Below, in pieces: positions 13,001 through 22,510 of a stretch of DNA of 64,000 nucleotides. Location of the stretch: NCBI GenBank assembly GCA_030141605.1, contig JAQGDQ010000262.1, forward strand, positions 216,978 to 280,977, read 5' to 3'. Made by a program: the position numbers and the translations under genes. This DNA is from Tubiluchus corallicola. Lineage: Eukaryota > Animalia > Priapulida. The notes beneath the pieces were generated by a model that worked only from the letters and a program-made list of their open reading frames with translations, had not been told where the DNA came from and searched no databases. The first letter of the stretch is position 1, and every line of letters begins with the position of its first letter.

Positions 13001-16000
13001 TATTTTCAAGGATTTTCCCTGACCGTGGGAACCCAGATTCAAACACTGCCATTTTTACCAGTCAGACACTACTTGTTGAAGTATTGTGATTATAATGTAT
13101 AACATAAATACTGCAGATGAATCACATCTTGTTTTATTCATAAGCAAAGAAAAACTAGAACATCACAAGTTTGCACTGTGGTTTACGTCAACAATCAGTT
13201 ATTTGAAAAATCAGTTACTGGATATGCTCAGGTTTAATTTAACTTTATGTAATTTAAGTTTCACCGTCAAGTTTTCCATAGATGTGGAATGAAACTCACC
13301 TTCATTAGACGATCGAGCAGCTCGGATCCATTTTTTACATTCTGGTCCGGATCAGCAGCTAACTGTGAATTTAAATAAGTCATTAAAAACTCAAAGAATG
13401 CAGAATAAATCTTGCAAATTTGGAGTTTGAGTTAGTGTTGAACAAAGTGATTTAACAAAGTAAATTTCAAACAGTAAAAATTAGAACTCAAAATAAAATG
13501 AAATAAATTTTAAATAAAACCTGGAAAAGATAAAACTCCATTTGATTCTAAAACTTGTGTGTTAAACATTTTTGCGTTTATTTAATATTGTGAAAATTAT
13601 ATAATGAAAGAGTTCATGTAAAAAATTACAAGATCAAGCAGTGCCAAAAGTATATATGCAATAGCATAATCAAGGAAAACATACATGATGTTTAATCAAT
13701 GTAATGTAAAAATTACATGCAGTAATTTCATGTTTTCATTTAGCAAACACAAGAACATTACAATTACATTTAACACTAGAAGGAGCAAGCAGTCACCTTT
13801 ATGAGTTTTTGAAATACAAGTACACTGTACATGCCCTGAAGCCAGATAATGTTTTTGAAATGTGATATTGTGTGACTCTTCACTAATTTACATTACACTT
13901 TATAAAATGTCATCATGATCATATTTTGGTATCTGTAATGTTATTCTTCTTCTTCTTCCCAGCTTTTCCCTATTCGGGGTCGCCGTTGTGACTGAGTCTT
14001 CTCCACGCATTCCTGTTGTTGACCATCTCTTCATTTATGTCTTCCCTTCCCACAAGATCTTCACCGACTCTTCTTTTCAGGTGTCCATACCATCGCAATC
14101 TTGCGAGGCTTCCACTACTTTTGCTGTTCCTCTGATATTATTATTTCTAGTTTTATCTCTTCTTGTTATTCCCACCATCCATCTCAACATCCTTATCTCC
14201 ACCACACCCATTTTCTTCTCTTCAGTCTTCTTTAGAGAAGCTGCTTCCAGCCCAGAGATTAGAGCGGGTCTGACCACTTCTTTGTGGACTTTCCCTTTAA
14301 GTCTCACCGACTCATTCTTAGAAGGTTTTGGGGCAATTTTTACAGGCGGATGCCCTTCCCGACCCTAACCCTCCCTATTTATCCGGGCTTGAGACCGGCA
14401 CTGCGTTGGCCTGACTTGCCCCCTCCCCCCCAGTGGCTAGGTATCTGTAATGTTATTAGTTTCTACATACCCACCTAGAAAAACCAAGCGATCAAAAATG
14501 ATACATTGTCAAGAGACACACTCTTTATATTCAATAACAATACACTTTGTTGATGAATCGAGGTTCTGTGCCTGGAATTCTAGTGTTACATAGTTATAAA
14601 GATTTTTTGTCTCTCTAGTGTTTTATATCTTGGGCCAATCAAAACTTAAAATGAAACTAAAACTAAAAAAATGAAACACAAACTGAAATTGTTGTTTTTC
14701 CCGAACCATATGCTTCACTGGATCAGTCATGATCACGTTATACGTTTACAATAATTTCTGCTTTATCACTTAGAAAAATTTGCTTTCATTTTAGCATTTT
14801 CACTGCAAACAAATGTACAACACTGCAGTTAGGTAAAGTGAGCTTATAGTCCAACGGTCTAGCACAGTAATGAAACTACATCACTCAAAATTCTTTACGC
14901 CAATAAACTAACAATGGCAGCGGTCCATTACATATTTAGTAATAGTGAGCCAATTTACGAACAGCGTCCAATTAGCATTTTGCTACCTGTCTTTCCAAAT
15001 ATAATGGCAACCAAGAATCCCGGGCATTTCTGCACTTCAGATTCTTTCTAGTGCCTACAGAAAATTGGCACTGGTAAATCGCAGAAGTGAATAGTTGGCA
15101 GGAAACAAAAGGTTTTGCTTTGACTCAACACACAACGCTTTGTGTTGGCTAGTGGTGTAAAATTCTTCAGACTTTCTAGTAACTTACAGACTTTGTGCAT
15201 TTTATACGATTATGAGGTGCAAAAATAAGTATGCTGCTATGTGTAGATTGTGTCAAAAGGTGTGATGCCATACACATTCTGGGAGCAAAATTAATCCTAT
15301 AAAATGTGTGGGCTGCACGTGAACATATAAGATAATGACTGAGTTGTAATTATTATAATAACTCTTGCGGTTACTGCCCAGTTTGTTTAGAAATTTGTAA
15401 CTATTCAGATGTTCATATTATTTTTCAAAATATGAGATATTTCCAAGAAGATGTTGTCATACTTTATTGCGACAAAGTTTAAATAATTAATTTGTCAAAT
15501 CAACATTTGCAGTTAGTCTGCACAATTGCTTAGCCATTCTAATTAAATAGTAAATACTAGCAGCCATAGTTACGAAAAATTATGCTACTTGATCTTTCTA
15601 GGTAGCCAAAGTTCTCACTCATTCTAGTGTTAAATCTGTATCCAGTTTTACTTCTGCCTTACAATGAGTTACTAATTTATCCAACAATGAATGCAGTCAT
15701 ACTTACCCTACTTAACCCGTCGAATATGTCATTGAAAAATGGAAGAGTCGATCCCCGTGCCACTTTGACGACGTTAAACAGAGCCTCGCATGCATAGTAG
15801 CGCACTCTGCTGTCTGCATCACTGAAGCAAGCTAATATCGGTAATGTCAAATCACTGATGTAATTGTTTGTGTCCTATAAAAGTTGAAGTTGCCTGAATT
15901 GTAAACTAAATACTTACTAAATTGCTGATGGTCAACTCAAGAATACATGAGCTTAACCCTTTCATACCCGTTGTATCCCGTGGGATACGAGAATATGTTC

Positions 16001-17828
16001 TGCCTTTAAAATTAATAAAATTTTAAAACTGACAGTTATTTGATCTGTTAATAGTTATTTTGATTTAAGCCAATAACAATAGACTAAAATGGTGATAAAA
16101 TGGCAAACTAGAAAATCTACATAGCATAAAAAACTGTGCAAGGTACAGTACTTTAGAGACGACTTTGTACAGATCAGCATTGCATGCATACTAAATGTCT
16201 TAAATACTTTAAAAAATTATCAGCAGTTGCAAAATGAAGCACATTTTATGCTTCCATTGAATCCCAATGTATCCCGTGGGATACGGGCTATATTTAGCAC
16301 GCAGGCACAGGTAGAAAAATAATAATTATGTGTAAACAAGATGGACATACTGAACAAAAGTACCAAGCCAAAAATTTTTTTCTTATTAAAAAAATAATTT
16401 GGGACTGAAAGGGTTAAGGGCATCTGTCTCATAAATTTTGTCAGTAAGTGCCTGTAAGTTCTGGTGTAGAGGAGAGACAGCCTGAAAACGGCCTAAGACA
16501 AAAGAAAAAGGTCACACGAAAGGAAATGGTTCATAAGAAAGGCAATGTAATAATGAACATCATTATTTGTATCATTCAAGAGACAAGGCCTACAGGTGCG
16601 CAATTTCAAAATGAAACTATGTAAAGGAATGAGCCTATATTTCACTTAAAGACATTTACAGTGTAAGACAAGCATCTGTTAGCCTTTAAATCATAGGATC
16701 ACATGGTGAAAAAAAATTTGATTCTAATGCCAATATCCTACTTCAGTTATCATTATGTGACCACTGACCAAGATGTTAGATATGCAATCTAAGGAGCAAA
16801 TACCTCCAAAAAACATCTTCTTTCAACTTTGTCACATTTCAGTTAAATTTGGTTTCAACAATTTAACATAGACGGACAATATTATTTTTGTTCACAACAC
16901 CACAATTTGGCTGACCACTCATTATATTGTTTTTCTTGTAACGACTCTTCAATTATATTTAACAAATCAGATGTCAGTAAGCTTAAAACAGTAGCTTATT
17001 TGTTTAACTATATTTAAATTAACCTTTTGCTCTGACTAAAGCCCCAGTTAAATTAGGTTAATGTCAGGTAAAATTAAAGCTTAACCTTTCCAAGAGCAAT
17101 TGCAGTGGCAGCAAGACCTATGAGGCCACCTTTTCTACTGTGAGGATTAGAACTCAGAGCAAAATCTTGACCCAGAACTTTAAGCAGTTTCTTGATCTGA
17201 GATGTATTGCTGGCGGCATTGTACTCACGCACCATCCTGAAATATCAAGCCAGACCCCTGTAACTCATGTCCACATCAAAAAAATCTCACATGAGGTCAC
17301 ATTTGCATGAAAATTAGCTTGAGGTTTGGCATTTCCGTAATTCAATGAGAAGTCTATCATTGTCAGGCAAAGTAAGCCTAAGTGACCTTCCAATTACATT
17401 TTTCAGATTTCGTTACCTTTGTGATACATATAATGTGATTAATATAGAGTAATGAAACAGTCATGCTCCCACAAAAGTGATGTCTGATTTGCGCAAGAAC
17501 AACATCAGGATCATATTACTCGGACTTACAATGCCCAAAGTGAAAGGTCAACTCTTGAAAATACCAAAACATGATGTGAAAAGGACATGAAACTTATTGT
17601 AGCATAAATCCGAAATTATTTCGTTCAAAATAAGTCCTTTATCACAGTGTACTTAAGCGACAAGAATGACAAATTATTGGTTTAACAGTGTAGACCAACT
17701 CTGGTTCACTTTTCCTTTAATTTTGCTTACCTTTCTATTTCAAGGGCAGCAACTTTTCTTTTTTCGTACAGTTTATCATTTAACGCCCTAACAGTAGCCA
17801 GTGTTAGAGGAGCGTAATCTTTCTCCAT
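1033..17828 (-). CDS. VAC14: VAC14 (PIKfyve/Fab1 complex HEAT-repeat scaffold), 5' portion; 12 coding exons, gene continues beyond window start
   Basis: Phase-consistent exons: 17828-17731, 17236-17086, 15874-15707, 13362-13300, 11700-11593, 11152-11043, 9577-9471, 8199-8035, 7003-6883, 5049-4917, 3655-3590, 1244-1033 (1502 nt). Translation [32 protein letters not shown]...[18 protein letters not shown]...[23 protein letters not shown]...[27 protein letters not shown]...[10 protein letters not shown]...[14 protein letters not shown]...[18 protein letters not shown] matches VAC14 as I remember it. All introns are GT-AG except the AT-AC intron at 7004-8034. Confidence 0.96.
1262..1989. repeat. 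24-bp minisatellite, about 30 copies
   Basis: Unit AACAAGTGTATGTA(G/A)AACTGCATA; accounts for the [16 protein letters not shown] and TYTCLCSS ORFs. Confidence 0.97.
2965..3569. mobile_element. hAT-like MITE
   Basis: TIRs CAGTGGCGGCT / AGCCGCCACTG; degenerate 8-bp TSD CCTGGAAC/ACTGAAAC; internal direct repeat at about 3187-3335. Confidence 0.65.
5101..5552 (-). mobile_element. 5'-truncated LINE (CR1/L2-group-like ORF2 C-terminus plus 3' UTR)
   Basis: 14-bp TSD GAGGTATATCGTTA (5087-5100, 5553-5566); minus-strand peptide ...[36 protein letters not shown]; AATAAA followed by a short (AAACT)n tail. Confidence 0.75.
6366..6820. mobile_element. Decayed inverted-repeat element (MITE-like)
   Basis: Ends ATTGGGCTAATGGCGGCCA / TGGCCGACATTAGCCAAAT are inverted, with internal TGGCCRACATTA sub-repeats. 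Confidence 0.45.
7004..8034 (-). other. U12-type (minor spliceosome) AT-AC intron 8 of VAC14
   Basis: Donor ATATCCTTTT at 8034-8025, branch site TTTTCCTTAAC at 7024-7014, AC acceptor at 7005-7004. Splicing restores the frame ...[25 protein letters not shown]. Confidence 0.92.
7311..7791. mobile_element. hAT-like MITE family A, copy 1 (inside the U12 intron)
   Basis: TIR CAGGGGTGTGCAAATT / AATTTGCACACCCCTG; 8-bp TSD GTATAATG/GTATTATG; near-identical to 41085-41567. Confidence 0.85.
8277..9014. mobile_element. pogo/Tigger-like (Tc1-mariner) MITE
   Basis: TIR CAGTATGCGCCGCTTAATAGACT / AGTCTATTAAGCGGCGCCTACTG flanked by TA. Confidence 0.8.
10385..10847. mobile_element. hAT-like MITE
   Basis: Ends CAGGTCCAGT / ACTGGCCCTG with subterminal GGGGCCC motifs; degenerate 8-bp flanks. 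Confidence 0.5.
11536..11624. repeat. 44-bp perfect tandem duplication spanning the VAC14 exon 5 donor
   Basis: TAGTTTTACATACCCAAGACACCACAAATTGTTTGGCAAATGGA occurs twice (starts 11536 and 11580). Confidence 0.95.
12621..13036. mobile_element. Non-autonomous DNA transposon with TTCCCTGA subterminal repeats
   Basis: TIR CAGGGTTCCCAC / GTGGGAACCCAG; repeated TTTCCCTGAC / TTTCCATGAC motifs at both ends. Confidence 0.65.
13946..14439 (-). mobile_element. Short non-autonomous, internally deleted RTE-clade retroelement
   Basis: 18-bp TSD GGTATCTGTAATGTTATT (13928-13945 and 14440-14457); (GAA)n tail; RTE ORF C-terminal remnant [19 protein letters not shown]...[25 protein letters not shown] fused to a twister-bearing 5' end. 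Confidence 0.85.
14363..14442 (-). ncRNA. Twister ribozyme (P1-type core, 5' P1 strand absent) at the 5' end of an RTE-derived element
   Basis: Minus strand reads A-CCTA-GCC-ACTG(..)CAGT-GCCGG-TCTCAAGC-CCGG-ATAAA-TAGG-GAGGG-TTAGGG. This gives P2 CCUA/UAGG, P3 ACUG/CAGU, P4 CCGG/CCGG, the conserved L4 loop and GAGGG, matching the twister core GCCGGUCCCAAGCCCGGAUAAA...GAGGG. Confidence 0.8.
15957..16413. mobile_element. piggyBac-like MITE, copy 1
   Basis: TTAA-CCCTTTCA...TGAAAGGG-TTAA; homologous to 56886-57207. Confidence 0.8.
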
Positions 17829-17920
17829 TTCTGTGGCTTAAAATATCTTCGTAGAATTAGTGTGATGGATTGAAAGTGAAAACAATTAAATAATGTGATA
17901 ATCAAAATCTTTCACCGGGA

Positions 17921-17929
17921 GCCGCCATT
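17921..17929 (-). promoter_or_regulatory. YY1-like motif in the VAC14 promoter/5' UTR
   Basis: GCCGCCATT (AATGGCGGC on the coding strand) about 95 nt upstream of the VAC14 ATG; motif match only. Confidence 0.35.
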
Positions 17930-18032
17930 GAAAATTTTCATTCCCGTCATCTGTTGGGAAAAATTGTGAAAAACTTACTTGAGAGGCTCCCAACGACTTG
18001 AATACTAGTGTCAACTAATCATAACAGACAAT

Positions 18033-18388
18033 TGGGGGGGGGAGTATTCGCTCCAAGAAAGCGAATTCGAGTCAAACCGAATTTCAGTATTTTGAATCCG
18101 AATCGAAGTCGAATTCAGTTGGAAAGATTTTTGAGCAAGTTTTGAACCACTATAGTAAAAAGTGGTCTTACACAGATCATGCATATTACTTGATTTTGTT
18201 CTGCAGTAAAACCACTATCAGATCATTAAAAATTTTGCAAATAAAGTGCAGCTAAATTGTGCTAATTGCATGCTGTTTGAGACATTTTAATGATAAAGAA
18301 ACATACGTTGCTGAATTATTAGAATCTATAATTTTAGATGCGAATCGAATTCGAACGTTCGAACTGTAATGTTCGATGTTCACCCCTA
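18033..18388. mobile_element. TTCGAA-rich MITE (inverted, decayed homologue of 38322-38683)
   Basis: Ends ...GATGTTCACCCCTA; interior is the reverse complement of the 38322 element. Confidence 0.65.
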
Positions 18389-19049
18389 CATGTAATTATA
18401 GTTTTCAGTTATTTTGAAGTTCAAGAATGCAAGTTCACCCACAACGCAAAGCCACCCGCCACAAAAATAATTACGCCAAAGCTACGTCGCACAGCATGAC
18501 ACCTAGCGGTCACATAAATCGTTGTAACATTATCAGAGAATTTTAGATATTCAGAATATGAAACCTATTAATGCTAGGTCTGTCATTGTTAAAGATACAT
18601 TCTGATTATCAATCTTAAATCTAGTAAGTTTTAGGATTTGACAGATTGACTGTGCACTATTTACAGGGAAAACAGATATACATGCAGATGGTGTTAACTC
18701 AGCAGCAATGAGATCACAGACTGTCTTTGGCAGAGTCAACCAAGTCCAAATCACATACTGTAACATATGCTCATAAGTCTACCTGAATGGGGAGTATTTG
18801 ACCATATATAGGAAGCCCAGGAAACACGCGTGACTGAGCCAGGCAACAACCTGTATTAAAATTGGTTTAATTGATAATAATAAACAAATTGAAGTGTAAG
18901 CGGCAGCATATATTCAATTATCTTGTAGTAGTAGAAGTAGTAGTTTACAAATTTATATAATAAATATTTACATAATATTTATATAATAAATATGAAACAG
19001 AATTAAAATGTGCGACAGAGACAATGTTAGGAGCAAGGTGAAAGATCAC

Positions 19050-19480
19050 CCACGCGGTTTTACTTTAGATGTAGGTCTTTCCTGACCACGCAGTTTTACT
19101 TTAGATGTGGATCTTTCCTGACCACGCAGTTTTACTTTAGATGTGGATCTTTCCTGACCACGCAATTTTACTTTAGATGTAGGTCTTTCCTGACCATGCA
19201 AGTTTACTTTCGATGTGGATCTTTCCTGACCACGCAATTTTACTTTCGATGTGGATCTTTCCTGTGAACGCAATTTTACTTTAGATGTAGGTCTCTTTCC
19301 TGACCATGCAATTTTACTTTAGATGTAGGTCTTTCCTGACCATGCAAATTTACTTTAGATGTAGGTCTTTCCTGACCATGCAATTTTACTTTAGATGTAG
19401 GTCTTTCCTGACCATGCAAATTTACTTTAGATGTAGGTCTTTCCTGACCATGCAGTTTTACTACGGATGTGGGTCTTTCT
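19050..19480. repeat. 36-bp minisatellite, about 12 copies
   Basis: Unit CCTGACCA(C/T)GCA(G/A)TTTTACTTTAGATGT(A/G)G(G/A)TCTTT. Confidence 0.95.
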
Positions 19481-20502
19481 TTGACAAGTGTTTGTCTAGC
19501 ACCAAGTGCATTACAAAGACAAGAGAGTAAACTGTAACTGTAAAGTAATTCTACTCAAAAAAAAAAACGTGCAGGAGAGGCAGTCAACTTTTTCTTATCA
19601 ATGAAAGCTTCCAAACTTGTAAGCCTACAGAGCGGCAAACCACATTATCAATTCCTACAGTGTTGCAAAAGCAATAGTAAACAGATTTTGCATTCAACAT
19701 TTTTTCCCTTCAAATAAGTCCTCTGCTATAGAACACCCAGAGTCACAAGCATGTCGAACCGTAGGCTCAAGTATAGGAACCTTCAAATCTGACTCATCAG
19801 GACAATCACAAAGTAAGTATAATAAAAAAGAAACGAGAACAAAGGTTTAATTTTACTGAGCTTTTATACATGCACACATCATTCATTAGACTAATTTACA
19901 ATTTTAACACGATTTTAGATTCACGTCTCAAATACTTGGTGTGACACAAACAATGAATGATACAAGAAATGCGTCTTGCACAATTTTGAAATAGTGACAA
20001 ACAAAAATTTCATCACACCATCACAATGACAAAGTTAAAAGTTGGCTTAGGCCATTATTACGTTAATTGTCGAAATATCTCCTCAAGACATTTCATGACG
20101 TTTTACATTTCTATTTATATACAAAACAGTCAAGAGAACGTTGCAATTCATTTAGTGATGCAGCTTGTTTCCGAAGAAAGAAACTTTGTACTGCAATGAG
20201 ATCAACTCAAATACACGCATTATAGTAAAATCTCACAGCATAAAGCAATGTATTCGTTGTGTGGGTAATGAATATGATTAGTTTAGGCACAAAAAAACTA
20301 ATAAATTTCGTAATGAAGCTAATGCTCGACCTGTCTCTACAAAAAAGGGGAACGAAATGTTTAAAAAAATCTGACTAAAAAGAAAACGAAGAGCCCTTCT
20401 TGCTGATGGATCTACAATAGTATTTACAAACAACTTATGATAGGTCTCTCCAGATCACGGTTAAATACAATTCTTAATAATGGTGTGTATAAACGTAGTT
20501 CC

Positions 20503-20570
20503 AACCTAGCCACTGGGGGGGGGGGGGGCAAGCCATCCCAACTCAGTGCCGGTCCCAAGCCCGGATAAAT
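20503..20570 (+). ncRNA. Partial twister ribozyme (5' fragment of the same RTE family)
   Basis: AACCTAGCCACTG(G-run)CAAGCCATCCCAACTCAGTGCCGGTCCCAAGCCCGGATAAAT. It lacks the P2 3' strand and GAGGG. Confidence 0.7.
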
Positions 20571-22510
20571 TAACCTATCTTTAAAATACTGACCAAACAT
20601 GCATTTTAATTAAACTGCTCAAGGACTTTATACAACTGAAAAATGACTATAAAAACTACAGTAAACATGGCTGAATTCTAAAACGCACTTCATAAATTAA
20701 TCGTCTGACTTTGCAATGTCATGCAAAATACACAAAGATGTTTAACCTCAACTGACAGTGCTATGATAAAGTTAAAATATCAATTACAATTCTTCATAGT
20801 AATTCTCAATAATATGCAACAATTTGCAACATTTATGCAATCCCGTGGCTACAAGAGTGTCATCTATATTTAGCCATTCTTAAGAAAATAATGCCAATGC
20901 AGAGCTTCTACAATAAAACCACTAATAAATCTATACATTATAATGACAAACAGCCTGTGACTAACGCAAAGACCGTTGTTTAACATACCTAGTTGATAGC
21001 ATAATTTCAAATACTACAGGAACATGATAATATGTGAAACATTTTACACAAACAATAATTGTGTCGTAGTACAGTAAGATTTTCAGAAGACAATTGAGAT
21101 GTTATAACTTAAAATACATGTTTTACTAAGCTCAAATTTAGAATATGCACGATTTCCACTAAAAACATAACAATACACGTATCCTTTTAGATCAAGAAAG
21201 GACTTCACTTCAAACAGAGTTAAAAAACCAGCTTACACGGCTGTTTTACCAAAATATACACTGTAGCTACCGAGACAGCTTCATAATAATAAAACAATCA
21301 TGAAAATTGCAAGAGATAGCATTTCTGTATGGCTAATAGGGGTGGTTTTGCTACTTTTGTACTTTCGCAATAAAAGTAAAGTGTTGCCAAAGCGTTTAAG
21401 CTTATACCAGGCACAAGAATACGGCTGTTACTAACAAATTACAATTACTGATAACAAACTCGTTATTGGTACCTTTATTGCACGTATTAAATTTAATTAC
21501 AACAAAAATATCAAGTTATTAACAAATGTCATTCGCAATAAAACTGACACTATCAAAAAATCAATACGTAAGCCTTGCGCACGTATAACAATAATAACAA
21601 TATTGAGGATAACTAGAAAATCAAACAGAATTCAAAACTCAGCTGAAATAAAAAAAGCAGTGTGACGAAAACCGAAGAAAACATTTACAAAGGAAATTGA
21701 TCATACAGATGCAGCTCTAAATCAATTGAAAGCAGACAGATGTGCATGCATGCCTGCGGCGCCACAAATTGTAAAAAATTGCAGACAGGTTCAAGTTACT
21801 AGCGACCTTTGAGAAAAGCCAACAAAGAAGCAAATTTTTCCTTCAAAGTCAAAAATTCATTGCCAACCGAACCGAGGCAAAACATTCCTCAGTAAGTGGC
21901 AAAATGTCATGAATCACGAAGCAACGATTCAGTATGAGGGGAATTCGTTCGTTTAGTCCCAGAAACATTGTTACCGTTCCAGAGAAATTGACAAGCAATT
22001 TATAGCCTATTTCTAAAAGGATTACTGTCCAAGACTATCCTATGTTAGGCAAAGATAAGTTCATCACCAAATCAAATTTTACATTTTGATTCTAAAAAAT
22101 GCAGGCTCTGTTTTAAATGCAGTATAGCTGATCACATAATCAATGCAAATGCAAAATAAAGCAATAATAAACGATCAGTTAAACAGGAATTAAACTAAAA
22201 TGACCTTCCATGTGAACAATCTTAAAATTCCCATGACGCAAATCCAAACTAAAATCTTGAAGCTAAAACTTACAACTACACATCTTTGCAAAAAAGAAAA
22301 TTTTATACTCAGAGAAAAATTACATCTAATGTCTTAATTACTATAAGCAGACGATACGATCGCCTATTTACTGCATAATTAGTTGACCTTTCTGTATATG
22401 AACAAAAATTGCTAAAACAATGTCTGTACACTACATGCACATTTTAATAGAAAAACGTTTCTGTAATACAACATAATAAACACAGGTTAATTATTACATA
22501 AAGTTACAGC

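Noticed and set aside
18498-18515. CTCF-like motif (similar ones near 24408, 48333 and 52735)
   Set aside because: Partial matches are expected by chance; no supporting evidence.
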